A DNA stretch of 64,000 bases from Candidatus Poribacteria bacterium (lineage in GTDB: Bacteria > Poribacteria > WGA-4E > UBA9662), in contig JAYGDX010000413.1 of NCBI GenBank assembly GCA_046582655.1, positions 64,001-128,000 on the forward strand. The letters are read 5' to 3'. The notes beneath the pieces were generated by a model. It saw only the letters and a list, made by a program, of their open reading frames with translations, had not been told where the DNA came from and made no database searches. Position 1 is the first letter of the stretch; every line of letters begins with the position of its first letter. This document shows, in pieces, positions 21,131-30,533 of this stretch. Made by a program: the position numbers and the translations under genes.

Positions 21131-22327
21131 CTAAGACGACTCAAGATCATTTAACAACTGACTTAGATAAGACTTCACCATGTCGTTATCTTCTTTTTTC
21201 TGAAAAAACTCAGATAGCTGAAACTCAAGGTTATCATAAGGATTTGCTTTAATCTGTCGTCTCAGTCGTTCCGTTCTGAGGATAGCTATAATCCGTAGCC
21301 GGTCCTTTGGAATTTCAGTTTGGTACAATTGACCGATCAAGGTTTTGGCCAACCCTTTAGCCAATCCGCTTTCTGCATGTACCACTAGAGCATCTATTGT
21401 TAACTGCTTGGCATTTTCGTCCGCGTCATTGTATAAGATATCGAGAAGCGTATTAACAGCATCCTTAGTTGGGAATTTGACCAGAGCTTCAATAGCGTGT
21501 ATCCGAACTTGTCCAGTCGTATCCTTCAAAGATGCCAGCATCTCTTTGGTAGCAGGCTCATCAAACAAAGAAAGGGTGCGCGCAGCAGAGACACGAATAG
21601 CTGGATTGCTACTGTTTAGTTTCACCAAAATATCGGGTTTATATTCTTTTTTCCCGAGTTGATAAAGTACCGATATGATCGCTACAGCAACTGTTTCGCT
21701 ACTCTTTTGTTTTTGCGTTTCGAGCTTTGGAATTATGTTAGGATCATTCACCTCACCGATAAGCCGCACGAAGTTCAATTTAACATTTTCACTGAATTTG
21801 GAGTTGCCAAGTGCATCAGCGATTGGTTCTGCTCTACCAACTTCTTTTAAAATCCGGTTCAACTCGGGATGAGTTTTATCATGGCGCTCACTACTATACG
21901 CATCAATCACGATCTGGATTTTATCCGGATCTTTTGCAATCTTATCAATAAAGATTTGGAAAAGATCTTTCTGTAGCACTCCGTGTCGCTCGCCAAGAAT
22001 ATCGAGAAGAAAAGCCATTTCTTCCTTATTAAGTTCATTTAAGCGTCGTTCCTTTTCACCTCTAAACTCTGCGGATTTACCTTGAGTGCCAGCGTCACCA
22101 GTTGAAAGCGCGCTATAGTAGGCAATGAGAAGGAGCCCCCGCGGTCCGACTTTGCGTCTTTGTCTTTCTTCGGACTTTTTTAGGTGTTCGATAGCCTCAA
22201 TTGTTAAAGCTGAACCAAGTAACTTGTCACGACCGAGTTCATATGGGGTTGGCCCCGGTTTATCTATGCAGCCAGTATTTAATATTAATAGAATTAGCAC
22301 ACATACGGCCAAAGGGTATTTTGTCAT
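21131..22327 (-). CDS. HEAT-repeat lipoprotein
   Basis: Lipobox-like LNTGC; HEAT-type repeats (L.S.NPAIRVSAARTL, LKD..GQVRIHAIEAL). Confidence 0.7.
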   Translation of the reverse strand: MTKYPLAVCVLILLILNTGCIDKPGPTPYELGRDKLLGSALTIEAIEHLKKSEERQRRKVGPRGLLLIAYYSALSTGDAGTQGKSAEFRGEKERRLNELNKEEMAFLLDILGERHGVLQKDLFQIFIDKIAKDPDKIQIVIDAYSSERHDKTHPELNRILKEVGRAEPIADALGNSKFSENVKLNFVRLIGEVNDPNIIPKLETQKQKSSETVAVAIISVLYQLGKKEYKPDILVKLNSSNPAIRVSAARTLSLFDEPATKEMLASLKDTTGQVRIHAIEALVKFPTKDAVNTLLDILYNDADENAKQLTIDALVVHAESGLAKGLAKTLIGQLYQTEIPKDRLRIIAILRTERLRRQIKANPYDNLEFQLSEFFQKKEDNDMVKSYLSQLLNDLESS

Positions 22328-22483
22328 AAAAAGTTCTATTCTCCTGTAAATTTGTATCGGTGTCAGGATACTTAGCTCCGCGAATTTTTTAGTTTACAGA
22401 ATATTTTCATTTCTGTCAAGACATTTTCTGAATTGAAACTGGAGGTCAATTATCTATTGGAGGCTGAAATTTCCCTATTTACT

Positions 22484-22512
22484 TTGCCATTCTGCAGTCA
22501 GTGTGCTAGAAT
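22484..22512 (+). promoter_or_regulatory. Putative sigma70 promoter for nadB
   Basis: TTGCCA-N17-TAGAAT with TGn extended -10. Confidence 0.55.
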
Positions 22513-22575
22513 GAAATTCCTTTTAAAAAATTGAAGCATCTCTTTGCATTTTAAGCAGAAACCTAATCATTAGCT

Positions 22576-24174
22576 ATGAGTCGCAGATACATCGTTGAAT
22601 TCGATCTCAAAAATCTTCCAATGATCCAAACCGATTTCCTGGTAATTGGCAGTGGTAGTGCTGGAATGCGAGCTGCTATCGAGATCTGTCAACATGGTGA
22701 TGTGCTTTTGGTTACCAAGGGGCCACTCAGAGAAAGCAATTCACGATATGCTCAGGGTGGTATTGCTGTTGCCATGGGCCAAGACGACACAGTCGATTAC
22801 CATGTTGAAGATACATTGAAAGCTGGTAACGGTCTTTGTGATAAAGTGGCCGTCGAAATCATGGTAGAAGAAGGAATCGATCGTGTTTCCGAATTAATTG
22901 AGTGGGGAGCAGAATTTGATGGGGATGGCAATAACAACCTTGGCTTCACGATCGAGGCGGCACATCAGCGTCATCGCGTTGTTCATCGTGGTGATGAAAC
23001 AGGCAGAGAAACCACAAAGGTTTTGGCTAATCATTTACAGAGGAAGCGGAAAATTCAGTACATTGAATACTGTTTTGTCATTGACCTTGTGATAGAAGAT
23101 GAAGTTTGCTTTGGTACGATTGCCATTGTTAACAATAAGCTACATTGGATTTGTGCTGGAGCAACAGTGATTGCCTCAGGAGGACTGGGTCAGATTTTTG
23201 CATGCACTTCAAATCCGCCAATTGCTACTGGGGATGGATGTGCAATTGCGTGGCGTGCTGGATGTGAAATGATAGATATGGAGTTTGTGCAATTTCACCC
23301 AACGACTTTATTCATGGAAGGTACCCCTCATTTTTTAATATCTGAAACAGTTCGTGGAGAAGGCGGGATCCTTTTGAATTCGTGTGGTGATATATTTATG
23401 GAAAAATATCACCATATGAAGGAACTAGCACCACGTGATGTTGTTAGTCGAGCAATTTCAAATGAAATGCAACTCACAGATTCACCTTGTGTCTATTTAG
23501 ATGCAACACATCTTACAGAAGAATACATTCGAAAACGTTTCCCGACAATCTACCAAACCTGCATGTACTATGGGTTGAACATCTCATCGTCCTCCATTCC
23601 CGTATGTTCAGCTGCTCACTTTATGATGGGTGGAATACGGACAAACATAGAAACTGAAACAAATATCCAAGGGCTCTTTGCCTGCGGAGAGGCGGCATGT
23701 ACAGGTGTTCACGGAGCTAACCGCTTGGCGAGTAATTCGCTACTTGAATGCTTAGTTTTCGGTGCACGTGCAGGAACCTCCGCCGCCGCATATCTTAATC
23801 AGTTTGATGGTCGTCCAATGCCAAAAAATTCCGTCAAAAACAAAACGGATTCCAAGCTTGACATCGATTTCGATGTGAAATCAGCCCAGCAACTAGTCCG
23901 TAAATCAATGTGGAAATACGCTGGAATTGTCCGTCATGCGGACGATCTACAACATGTCAGGAAAATACTTGATGGAATTGAGATAGACCAAGCTTATTCG
24001 CCAAATGATATTGAAGCCTTTGAACTTCAAAATATGATTGACGTGGCAAAGCTGATTACTCAAGCATCAATTCAACGTACTGAAAGTCGCGGGGCACATT
24101 ATCGGCGCGATTTTCCGCAAGCAAATGATGCAACATGGAAAAAACACATCAGTCTGCAACATAAAGACAGCTAA
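22576..24174 (+). CDS. nadB: L-aspartate oxidase
   Basis: GSGSAG, SNSRYAQGGIA, EFVQFHPT, LAPRDVV, GVHGANRLASNSLLEC, ESRGAHYR. Confidence 0.95.
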   Translation: MSRRYIVEFDLKNLPMIQTDFLVIGSGSAGMRAAIEICQHGDVLLVTKGPLRESNSRYAQGGIAVAMGQDDTVDYHVEDTLKAGNGLCDKVAVEIMVEEGIDRVSELIEWGAEFDGDGNNNLGFTIEAAHQRHRVVHRGDETGRETTKVLANHLQRKRKIQYIEYCFVIDLVIEDEVCFGTIAIVNNKLHWICAGATVIASGGLGQIFACTSNPPIATGDGCAIAWRAGCEMIDMEFVQFHPTTLFMEGTPHFLISETVRGEGGILLNSCGDIFMEKYHHMKELAPRDVVSRAISNEMQLTDSPCVYLDATHLTEEYIRKRFPTIYQTCMYYGLNISSSSIPVCSAAHFMMGGIRTNIETETNIQGLFACGEAACTGVHGANRLASNSLLECLVFGARAGTSAAAYLNQFDGRPMPKNSVKNKTDSKLDIDFDVKSAQQLVRKSMWKYAGIVRHADDLQHVRKILDGIEIDQAYSPNDIEAFELQNMIDVAKLITQASIQRTESRGAHYRRDFPQANDATWKKHISLQHKDS

Positions 24175-24217
24175 TCACCAAACTTCAAACTATGTAAAAA
24201 AACATTAGGAAATCAGA

Positions 24218-24490
24218 TTGAGATCAATTATTCTTCTCACAATCTTAGCAGCTGTTTTCGTGGTAGCCAGCCAAAACATGAAATTCTTACTTGGTGTTAC
24301 GGTAGCTGGAATTTTAACCGTTGTTCTTCTCGTCTCAGTTGTTCTCGAAATTGAGCCAACAAACAAGCCAAAAAAGCAAGAAAGCAGTAGTGAAGTCGAA
24401 GAAGGGGAACTACCAGATCGGATCGAAATCCCAGAAGAGGCAGAACCAATCATTGTTGACGCTGAATCATCAGGGGGGCGCAACAGATAA
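24218..24490 (+). CDS. Small membrane protein, hypothetical
   Basis: ORF fills the gap between nadB and the VWA gene; hydrophobic helices then acidic tail; alternative start at 24278. Confidence 0.55.
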   Translation: MRSIILLTILAAVFVVASQNMKFLLGVTVAGILTVVLLVSVVLEIEPTNKPKKQESSSEVEEGELPDRIEIPEEAEPIIVDAESSGGRNR

Positions 24491-24507
24491 ATCTACTTTG
24501 ATACACC

Positions 24508-27186
24508 ATGTTTAGCTTGACAGCACCGATCTTCCTCACACTTCTTCTCCTCGCCGTCCCTTTTTTTCTGCTTACTCAGCAAGGCACAAAAACTCAATCT
24601 AAATTAAAAAACAGAAACTTCCTTCTCCTCCTTCGTCTTGTCAGTCTAGCTTGCCTGGCACTAGCCCTTGCTGGAGTACATCGAAAAGCTCAGTCCAACC
24701 AACTAGTATTCGCGTTTCTAATTGACATTTCAAAAAGCATACCGAAAAGTCAACAACGCTTAGCAATCGATCAAGTCAATACAATCATTAAATCACTGGA
24801 ACCAATGGATCAGTATTGTGTGATTTCGTTCGCCAAACAGCCATCAGTCTCAGTTCCTTTAGTGACTGTTCAGAACAGCCTGAATGTATCTCCTGAATCC
24901 ATCTGGCAAAACGCAATTGTTCAAGATTACACTGATCTAGCTAGTGCAATTCAGCTAGCGATTTCCATGTTACCGGAAGTAGCTCAAAAGCGGATTGTGC
25001 TATTCAGTGACGGGCTTCAAAACACCGGCAGAATTGACAGTATACTGGAACTAGCCCAAGCAAGCGAAATCACAGTGCTTACCATACCAATATTAGCTGA
25101 GCGGAAAAATGAAGTTATTATGCAGGAACTTCAAATCCCACCAAAAATACGAATAGGGGAAATTTTTAAGGTTCGGGCCATCGTTGAGAATACTATGGAT
25201 CAAGTGGTCAGTATCAATCTTTATCGAAATGGCTTTCCCATGATTACCCACAGAGAAATATCTTTAAAATCAGGAAAACAGATCATCGCGCTTGATCAAC
25301 AAATCTTTGATGCAGGCACTCACGAATTTCAGATCGAGGTGATTGTAGCCGACGAGGTAAGCGAAAATAATACTGCCTATGCTTTAACACAGATTTCTGG
25401 TCAGTCTAGACTACTTTGTATTGCCTCTAATCCATTTGTTGCCAAGACAATAAAAACAGTTCTTGAAAGCGAAAATTTTGTAGTTGATGTGATTCGACCA
25501 TCTGAATTCCCAACCGATTTCACTCAATTACAAAATAATGATGGGATTATTCTGATAAATGTATCGGCTGACGAATTATCCCAATTACAGATGAATCAGA
25601 TCGAAACTTATGTTCGAGATTTCGGTCGTGGACTGGTTGTCATTGGAGGCGATCATTCATTTGGTAGAGGTTCATATCAAGACACCCTGCTTGAGCGCAT
25701 GTTACCACTTAAAATGACCCCCAAACAGCAAAAAGAGTCACTCTCAATTCTGATGCTGATTGACACCTCTGGCAGCATGGCAAACTATGTGGGTGCTGAC
25801 CAGAAAATTGGGTTGGCTATCGAAAGCATTCGATTGGCTATTAATTCGTTAGACGAAGCGGATCTAGTTGGCGTAGTTAGTTTTGCAACCTCTATTGGCC
25901 TTGAAATACCACCGACAACTGATCATCAACGGGTTGCACAGGCGGTAGGATCGCTACGTCCCAGAAATGGCACACAGTTGTTTCCAGCACTCCAGAAAGC
26001 ATACAAATTAATCAAAAAAACTGAAGCTAAGCAAAAGCACATTGTTATTCTCTCAGATGGCAAATCAGACGGTGATTTTGAATCATTGACGGCACTGGTT
26101 GCCAAAGACAATATTACTATTACCACGATCGCCATAGGTGATGCCGCGCAGGACTTACTGAGAATGATTGCGCGCAACGGAAAAGGACGTTACGTGCACG
26201 TTGAAGATATGACGCGACTACCCCGAATACTAGCCGAGGAGGTACATCTGACACAGGAATACACTGTTCAAGAAACGTTCGTTCCGCGTCTCAATCAGAC
26301 AACCCAGATTTTAGGCGGTATAAGGCAACCGCCTAATCTTCACGGTTACATAGCCACATCAGAAAAGAAAACTGGAAAGATATTAATTAAATCTCACAAG
26401 GATCACCCGATTCTAGCAGTATGGGACTATGGGTTGGGGCGGTCAGTTGCTTTTACCTCTGATTTAAACAGTTGGGGACGAGATTGGATTTCGTGGGAAA
26501 ATTTCGGTAAGTTTTGGACACAAGTTGTCAGCGCGGTTCTACCACAACCTAACATCGGCAAGGATTTCGACATACAAACATCTATTAATGGCGAATATAT
26601 AAAAGTCGTTGTTGAAGCAAAAAACCTATTGGCAGCCGGTGATAGTTCTGAACTAGTTGTTCGCGTTTCACAGCCCAACTATCAGGGACAGCCAGTTGAG
26701 ATGATACGTACAACACCGACTCGCTACGAAGGTAAAATCAAGTTTGCTGATCTTGGAGCCTATTTGATTACTGCCAAAACAGCTAAAGATCAGCAAACAA
26801 CAAGTTTGGTAGTGTCGTATCCATCAGAACTAGCAAGTTTCACAACAAATCAGCAGTTGCTACATAAAATTGCCGATCAAACGAATGGAGTTTTCAAGCC
26901 ATCCATGGAAGAGATTGCCGCTCGTCCTAGTAGATTAATCAAAAAATCAAAAGACCTTGCTCCAATGTTCTTGATAATCTGCGTTATTTTTTTTGTTTTA
27001 GAAATGATTATACGTCAGTTCCGTTTCAAAAATTATCAGACAACCGTAACAAGCGAACCTCCAGTCACGCAACGGTCAATGCCCATTTCTACATTAGCAG
27101 ATCAAAAGTTGGAGATTGATTCTAGCATACAGAAATTGCTGCACGCCAAACGGCGGTCAACTACCGATTCTCAAATGACATCATAG
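24508..27186 (+). CDS. Membrane protein with two VWA domains and a GATase1-like domain
   Basis: BatA-like N-terminal TMs; DISKS and DTSGSM MIDAS motifs; GRGLVVIGG..SF..G.Y; HPILAVWDYGLGRSVAFTSD; C-terminal TM. Confidence 0.85.
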   Translation: MFSLTAPIFLTLLLLAVPFFLLTQQGTKTQSKLKNRNFLLLLRLVSLACLALALAGVHRKAQSNQLVFAFLIDISKSIPKSQQRLAIDQVNTIIKSLEPMDQYCVISFAKQPSVSVPLVTVQNSLNVSPESIWQNAIVQDYTDLASAIQLAISMLPEVAQKRIVLFSDGLQNTGRIDSILELAQASEITVLTIPILAERKNEVIMQELQIPPKIRIGEIFKVRAIVENTMDQVVSINLYRNGFPMITHREISLKSGKQIIALDQQIFDAGTHEFQIEVIVADEVSENNTAYALTQISGQSRLLCIASNPFVAKTIKTVLESENFVVDVIRPSEFPTDFTQLQNNDGIILINVSADELSQLQMNQIETYVRDFGRGLVVIGGDHSFGRGSYQDTLLERMLPLKMTPKQQKESLSILMLIDTSGSMANYVGADQKIGLAIESIRLAINSLDEADLVGVVSFATSIGLEIPPTTDHQRVAQAVGSLRPRNGTQLFPALQKAYKLIKKTEAKQKHIVILSDGKSDGDFESLTALVAKDNITITTIAIGDAAQDLLRMIARNGKGRYVHVEDMTRLPRILAEEVHLTQEYTVQETFVPRLNQTTQILGGIRQPPNLHGYIATSEKKTGKILIKSHKDHPILAVWDYGLGRSVAFTSDLNSWGRDWISWENFGKFWTQVVSAVLPQPNIGKDFDIQTSINGEYIKVVVEAKNLLAAGDSSELVVRVSQPNYQGQPVEMIRTTPTRYEGKIKFADLGAYLITAKTAKDQQTTSLVVSYPSELASFTTNQQLLHKIADQTNGVFKPSMEEIAARPSRLIKKSKDLAPMFLIICVIFFVLEMIIRQFRFKNYQTTVTSEPPVTQRSMPISTLADQKLEIDSSIQKLLHAKRRSTTDSQMTS

Positions 27187-28183
27187 CTTTAATCGTACCA
27201 GAATCTGGTTTAAGCCAAGTTGGGAAAGCATCTATTAATTCATCGGAAGTTGCACGGTGTGTGATCCACGGATTGGTATCAATTTTGTTCTGCTCTACCA
27301 GTGTGATAATTCGCCTAAAGTCATTGCCCGTTGAGTTACGTGTGCTAAAGAGGGTGATCTCTTTTCGGTGAAATTCTGGATCGTACAAAGTAATATTATC
27401 CTGTACCAATCCAACAAAGATAAGCTTTCCCCCTGAGGCAACGTAACTAAATGCGTTTTCCATTGACTTTACACTACCAGTTGCATCGAAGATGACAGTT
27501 GGCATATCGTTTGATGTAATTGCCTTGAGTTGTTCAACCGGATTTTCCTGTGCGTTGACAGTAAATTCAACGCCAAAAACCTGACGACAAAAATCAAGAC
27601 GATTTTCGTTAACGTCCATCACTATAATACGACCACCTGCGATCTTAGCAAATTGAGTAACTGTCAGTCCTATAGGTCCCGCGCCGATGACCAGAACAAA
27701 TTCTCCCAGATTGAAATTGGCCCGATCCACAGCGTGAGCACCAATACCAAGTGTCTCAACCAGCGCAAGCTGATCAAGACTCAACAAATCCGATTTATGC
27801 AGTTTATTAACTGGTATGGTGATGAACTCGCGCATCCCACCATCAGTGTGGACACCCAGTGTTTGTAATATTGTACAGCAATTAGTTTTTCCGCGTCTGC
27901 AAGAGATACACTCACCACAATTTAAATAAGGCTCGATTGCACAGATATCCCCGACGTGAAGATCCAGATCGTTCTCATCAATTTCCATTATCTGAACGCC
28001 AAGTTCGTGTCCTAAAATCCGTGGATAACTCAGGAAAGGCTGTCGACCGCGAAATGCGTGTAGATCAGTACCACAAATTCCCACCCGGTGGATTCGTACC
28101 AATGCCGAGCCAGAAGATCGAGTAGGAATTCCGGTCTGCGATATTGAAAAGTGTCCTGGACTGTCAAGTGTAATTGTTTGCAT
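27161..28183 (-). CDS. Zn-dependent dehydrogenase, L-galactonate 5-dehydrogenase (LgoD/YjjN)-like
   Basis: GICGTDLHAF.G.QPF..YPRILGHE, CGECISC...TNCC, PEFHRKE.T..STRN. Confidence 0.8.
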   Translation of the reverse strand: MQTITLDSPGHFSISQTGIPTRSSGSALVRIHRVGICGTDLHAFRGRQPFLSYPRILGHELGVQIMEIDENDLDLHVGDICAIEPYLNCGECISCRRGKTNCCTILQTLGVHTDGGMREFITIPVNKLHKSDLLSLDQLALVETLGIGAHAVDRANFNLGEFVLVIGAGPIGLTVTQFAKIAGGRIIVMDVNENRLDFCRQVFGVEFTVNAQENPVEQLKAITSNDMPTVIFDATGSVKSMENAFSYVASGGKLIFVGLVQDNITLYDPEFHRKEITLFSTRNSTGNDFRRIITLVEQNKIDTNPWITHRATSDELIDAFPTWLKPDSGTIKAMMSFENR

Positions 28184-28186
28184 GAT

Positions 28187-29116
28187 TTAGTTATTTTCTG
28201 GTCTGCCGCTAGACCAGGTTCTGTCACGGATTGAATCAAGAATTTCTAAAATTTCTGTTAATAATTGTGTGTCCGGTGTCTGATTGACACAAGCGACATT
28301 TTTTTTGACGTTTTCGGGGTTTGCAGTTCCCATTAAGGTTGTATGAATTTTCGGATTAGCCAAGGCAAACTGAAGACCAAGTTCTGCGATATCAGCACCT
28401 TTACTACGACAATGTTCTGCTGCCTTCAAGCAGGCGACTTTAATTTCGTCGTCAGCTGGATGCCAATCCGGAGCTCCTATATTAGTCAGAAGTTGCATTG
28501 ATAACGCTGAAGCATTAATAATACCTATGTTTTCATCTTCGAATGTTGGAATCAAACTTTCTAAAGAAACATCATTTAACGCATAATGGCAGTAAGATAA
28601 AATGGTATCGACGGCAGTTTTTTCCAACACATAGCAGAATATCTTCAACGGTAACCCAGTGATACCAATGAATCTAACTTTCCCCTGTTTTTGAACTTTT
28701 CGCAACGCAGGAATAGTTTCATTGATGATCATGCCGAGATCGCCAAATTCGATATCATGGCACTGGATGAGATCAATATAGTCTATACTGAGCCGAGCTA
28801 GGCTTTGATCCACGCTTTTGATGACACTATTGACTGTGAAGTCAAAATCTTGGAGGCCATAACGTCCAACTTTGGTGGCGAGATAATATTGATCTCGGTT
28901 GATGGTTCTAAGTGCTTTACCTAAAACTATCTCGGATTTGGCGCGTCCGTAATAGGGAGAAGTATCAATGAAGTTGACTCCTAAATCAAGGGCAGTATGG
29001 ACAGCAGAAATCCCTTCTGATTCATCTATATTTCGGTATTCGCTACCAAGTGGTGCCGCTCCAAAACTAATTACTGAGACCTCTAAACCTGTTTTTCCTA
29101 ACGTTCTATATTGCAT
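28187..29116 (-). CDS. Aldo/keto reductase, L-galactose dehydrogenase-like
   Basis: DTSPYYG, TKVGRYG, IQCHDIEF, GITGLPL, ILSYCHY and WHPA motifs typical of L-galactose dehydrogenases. Confidence 0.8.
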   Translation of the reverse strand: MQYRTLGKTGLEVSVISFGAAPLGSEYRNIDESEGISAVHTALDLGVNFIDTSPYYGRAKSEIVLGKALRTINRDQYYLATKVGRYGLQDFDFTVNSVIKSVDQSLARLSIDYIDLIQCHDIEFGDLGMIINETIPALRKVQKQGKVRFIGITGLPLKIFCYVLEKTAVDTILSYCHYALNDVSLESLIPTFEDENIGIINASALSMQLLTNIGAPDWHPADDEIKVACLKAAEHCRSKGADIAELGLQFALANPKIHTTLMGTANPENVKKNVACVNQTPDTQLLTEILEILDSIRDRTWSSGRPENN

Positions 29117-29133
29117 CCTTGCTTTCCTTTCGT

Positions 29134-30435
29134 TTAACCGTAACTCAACAGCCGAATGTGGCGGCCTAAATGTTCGTTCAAAAGCTGATTGTGCAAATCC
29201 AGATTAGTGCTAAGCGTTTCCAAAATTACCTCTTTGAAAGGCTGATTGTCTGGCATTTTACCGATTGTTAACACAGAACCAAAGGTGACGTGCATAACTT
29301 GACGACCATCATCCAGATTAAGAAACTCCACCTCCCTTTCCTTTTGGTTTAGGGTTACTGGATCATTAACCCGATTAAGATCTGCCGAGATATGGTACGT
29401 CGCCCGGTCTGTATTAAATCTTTCGATAGAGAACTTAATAATTTCCAGAAACGCCTCAGGATTCCTTTTAGCCACCACTCTTAAGGCTTCAAGATAACTT
29501 GTGCCAGCAGTTTTAACATGTAGTAGATTACCACAGACACGACCAATGATTGGGTAGATCCTAAATTTATCTGATCCACTATGGACACTGATTTTGTATG
29601 GCCCGCAATAGCGAGCAATGGCAACATGTTGAGCCAGCGTTAATTCGAATGAGTCGAGGTCACCTTTATAATCAATTGCTTTTTCAAATTGACCAACAAA
29701 TCGCGGTGCTAAGCTGACGCACTGAATCCCCCGACGTTTCAGTTCCATACCGATGAATAGATGCTCAATCGGTGTTGTTGGTGTATCAGTCTCATCAACT
29801 GAAACTTCAATTTCGCAGTCAGCACCTGATGTTGCTTTAGTGATCCACCCCGACATTTTTTCAGCGTATGCAATCGCCCGACCATATTTCACGACTGTCC
29901 GGTACAGTTCTTCCTTATTTTTGAAATCGAGGGTGAGATCATTACTTACTTCAATATTCTTACCTAGATAGAGATCTTCGATCTGACCAATTGACTCGAA
30001 TGCTTGCGATTTAACTACTGCATCTAAAGCCCCTTTCAATCGATTTTGGACTAAATTGGCCGCTGCATTATTGACAAAATCCGAGGGATCGATGGTGAAA
30101 AAAGTGAACCCAGCATTGGCTAAATTAATGACGTCGGTCTCTGTTTTTAAGTGATCGGCATCAGCCCCCCAAGCTCCCTGCCAACCAGAAGCACGGATGG
30201 CTTCTTTCGCAGCGGACATAACTTCTAGTGGCGTGCGGTTGGTTCGATCCATTTCCCGAACTGATTGTTGCGCAAAGATCGGAAGTAGCTGACCAGCTTG
30301 AGTGGCTAAGATATGGCCTGGAGTCGCTAGCCCAAGCCGGTCGCCGAAACCGAACGAGGGATGAAGATCTAAGAGAGAGGGAGTTGGTGAATTTCTTGTC
30401 GTAGGTTCCACACTCCCAATTCTATCATGTATCAA
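29134..30435 (-). CDS. uxaE: Tagaturonate/fructuronate epimerase
   Basis: FGFGDRLGLATPGH, AQQSVREM.RT, GADADHLK, SLAPRFVG.FEK.IDY, SVHSGSDKF, HVKTAGTSYLEA. Confidence 0.9.
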   Translation of the reverse strand: MIHDRIGSVEPTTRNSPTPSLLDLHPSFGFGDRLGLATPGHILATQAGQLLPIFAQQSVREMDRTNRTPLEVMSAAKEAIRASGWQGAWGADADHLKTETDVINLANAGFTFFTIDPSDFVNNAAANLVQNRLKGALDAVVKSQAFESIGQIEDLYLGKNIEVSNDLTLDFKNKEELYRTVVKYGRAIAYAEKMSGWITKATSGADCEIEVSVDETDTPTTPIEHLFIGMELKRRGIQCVSLAPRFVGQFEKAIDYKGDLDSFELTLAQHVAIARYCGPYKISVHSGSDKFRIYPIIGRVCGNLLHVKTAGTSYLEALRVVAKRNPEAFLEIIKFSIERFNTDRATYHISADLNRVNDPVTLNQKEREVEFLNLDDGRQVMHVTFGSVLTIGKMPDNQPFKEVILETLSTNLDLHNQLLNEHLGRHIRLLSYG

Positions 30436-30533
30436 TCAACAAGGAAAATAAAAAAGCTTTTCTTAGATCTGCCCGCAATTTGTCCATTCAGGTTTATACT
30501 AACCAGTCATTGGAAATTGGATACTAACATACA

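Noticed and set aside
20140..27186. MoxR-VWA chaperone system
   Set aside because: VWA genes are present but there is no MoxR-type ATPase or DUF58 gene in the window; the AAA at 40779 is classical-clade, not MoxR
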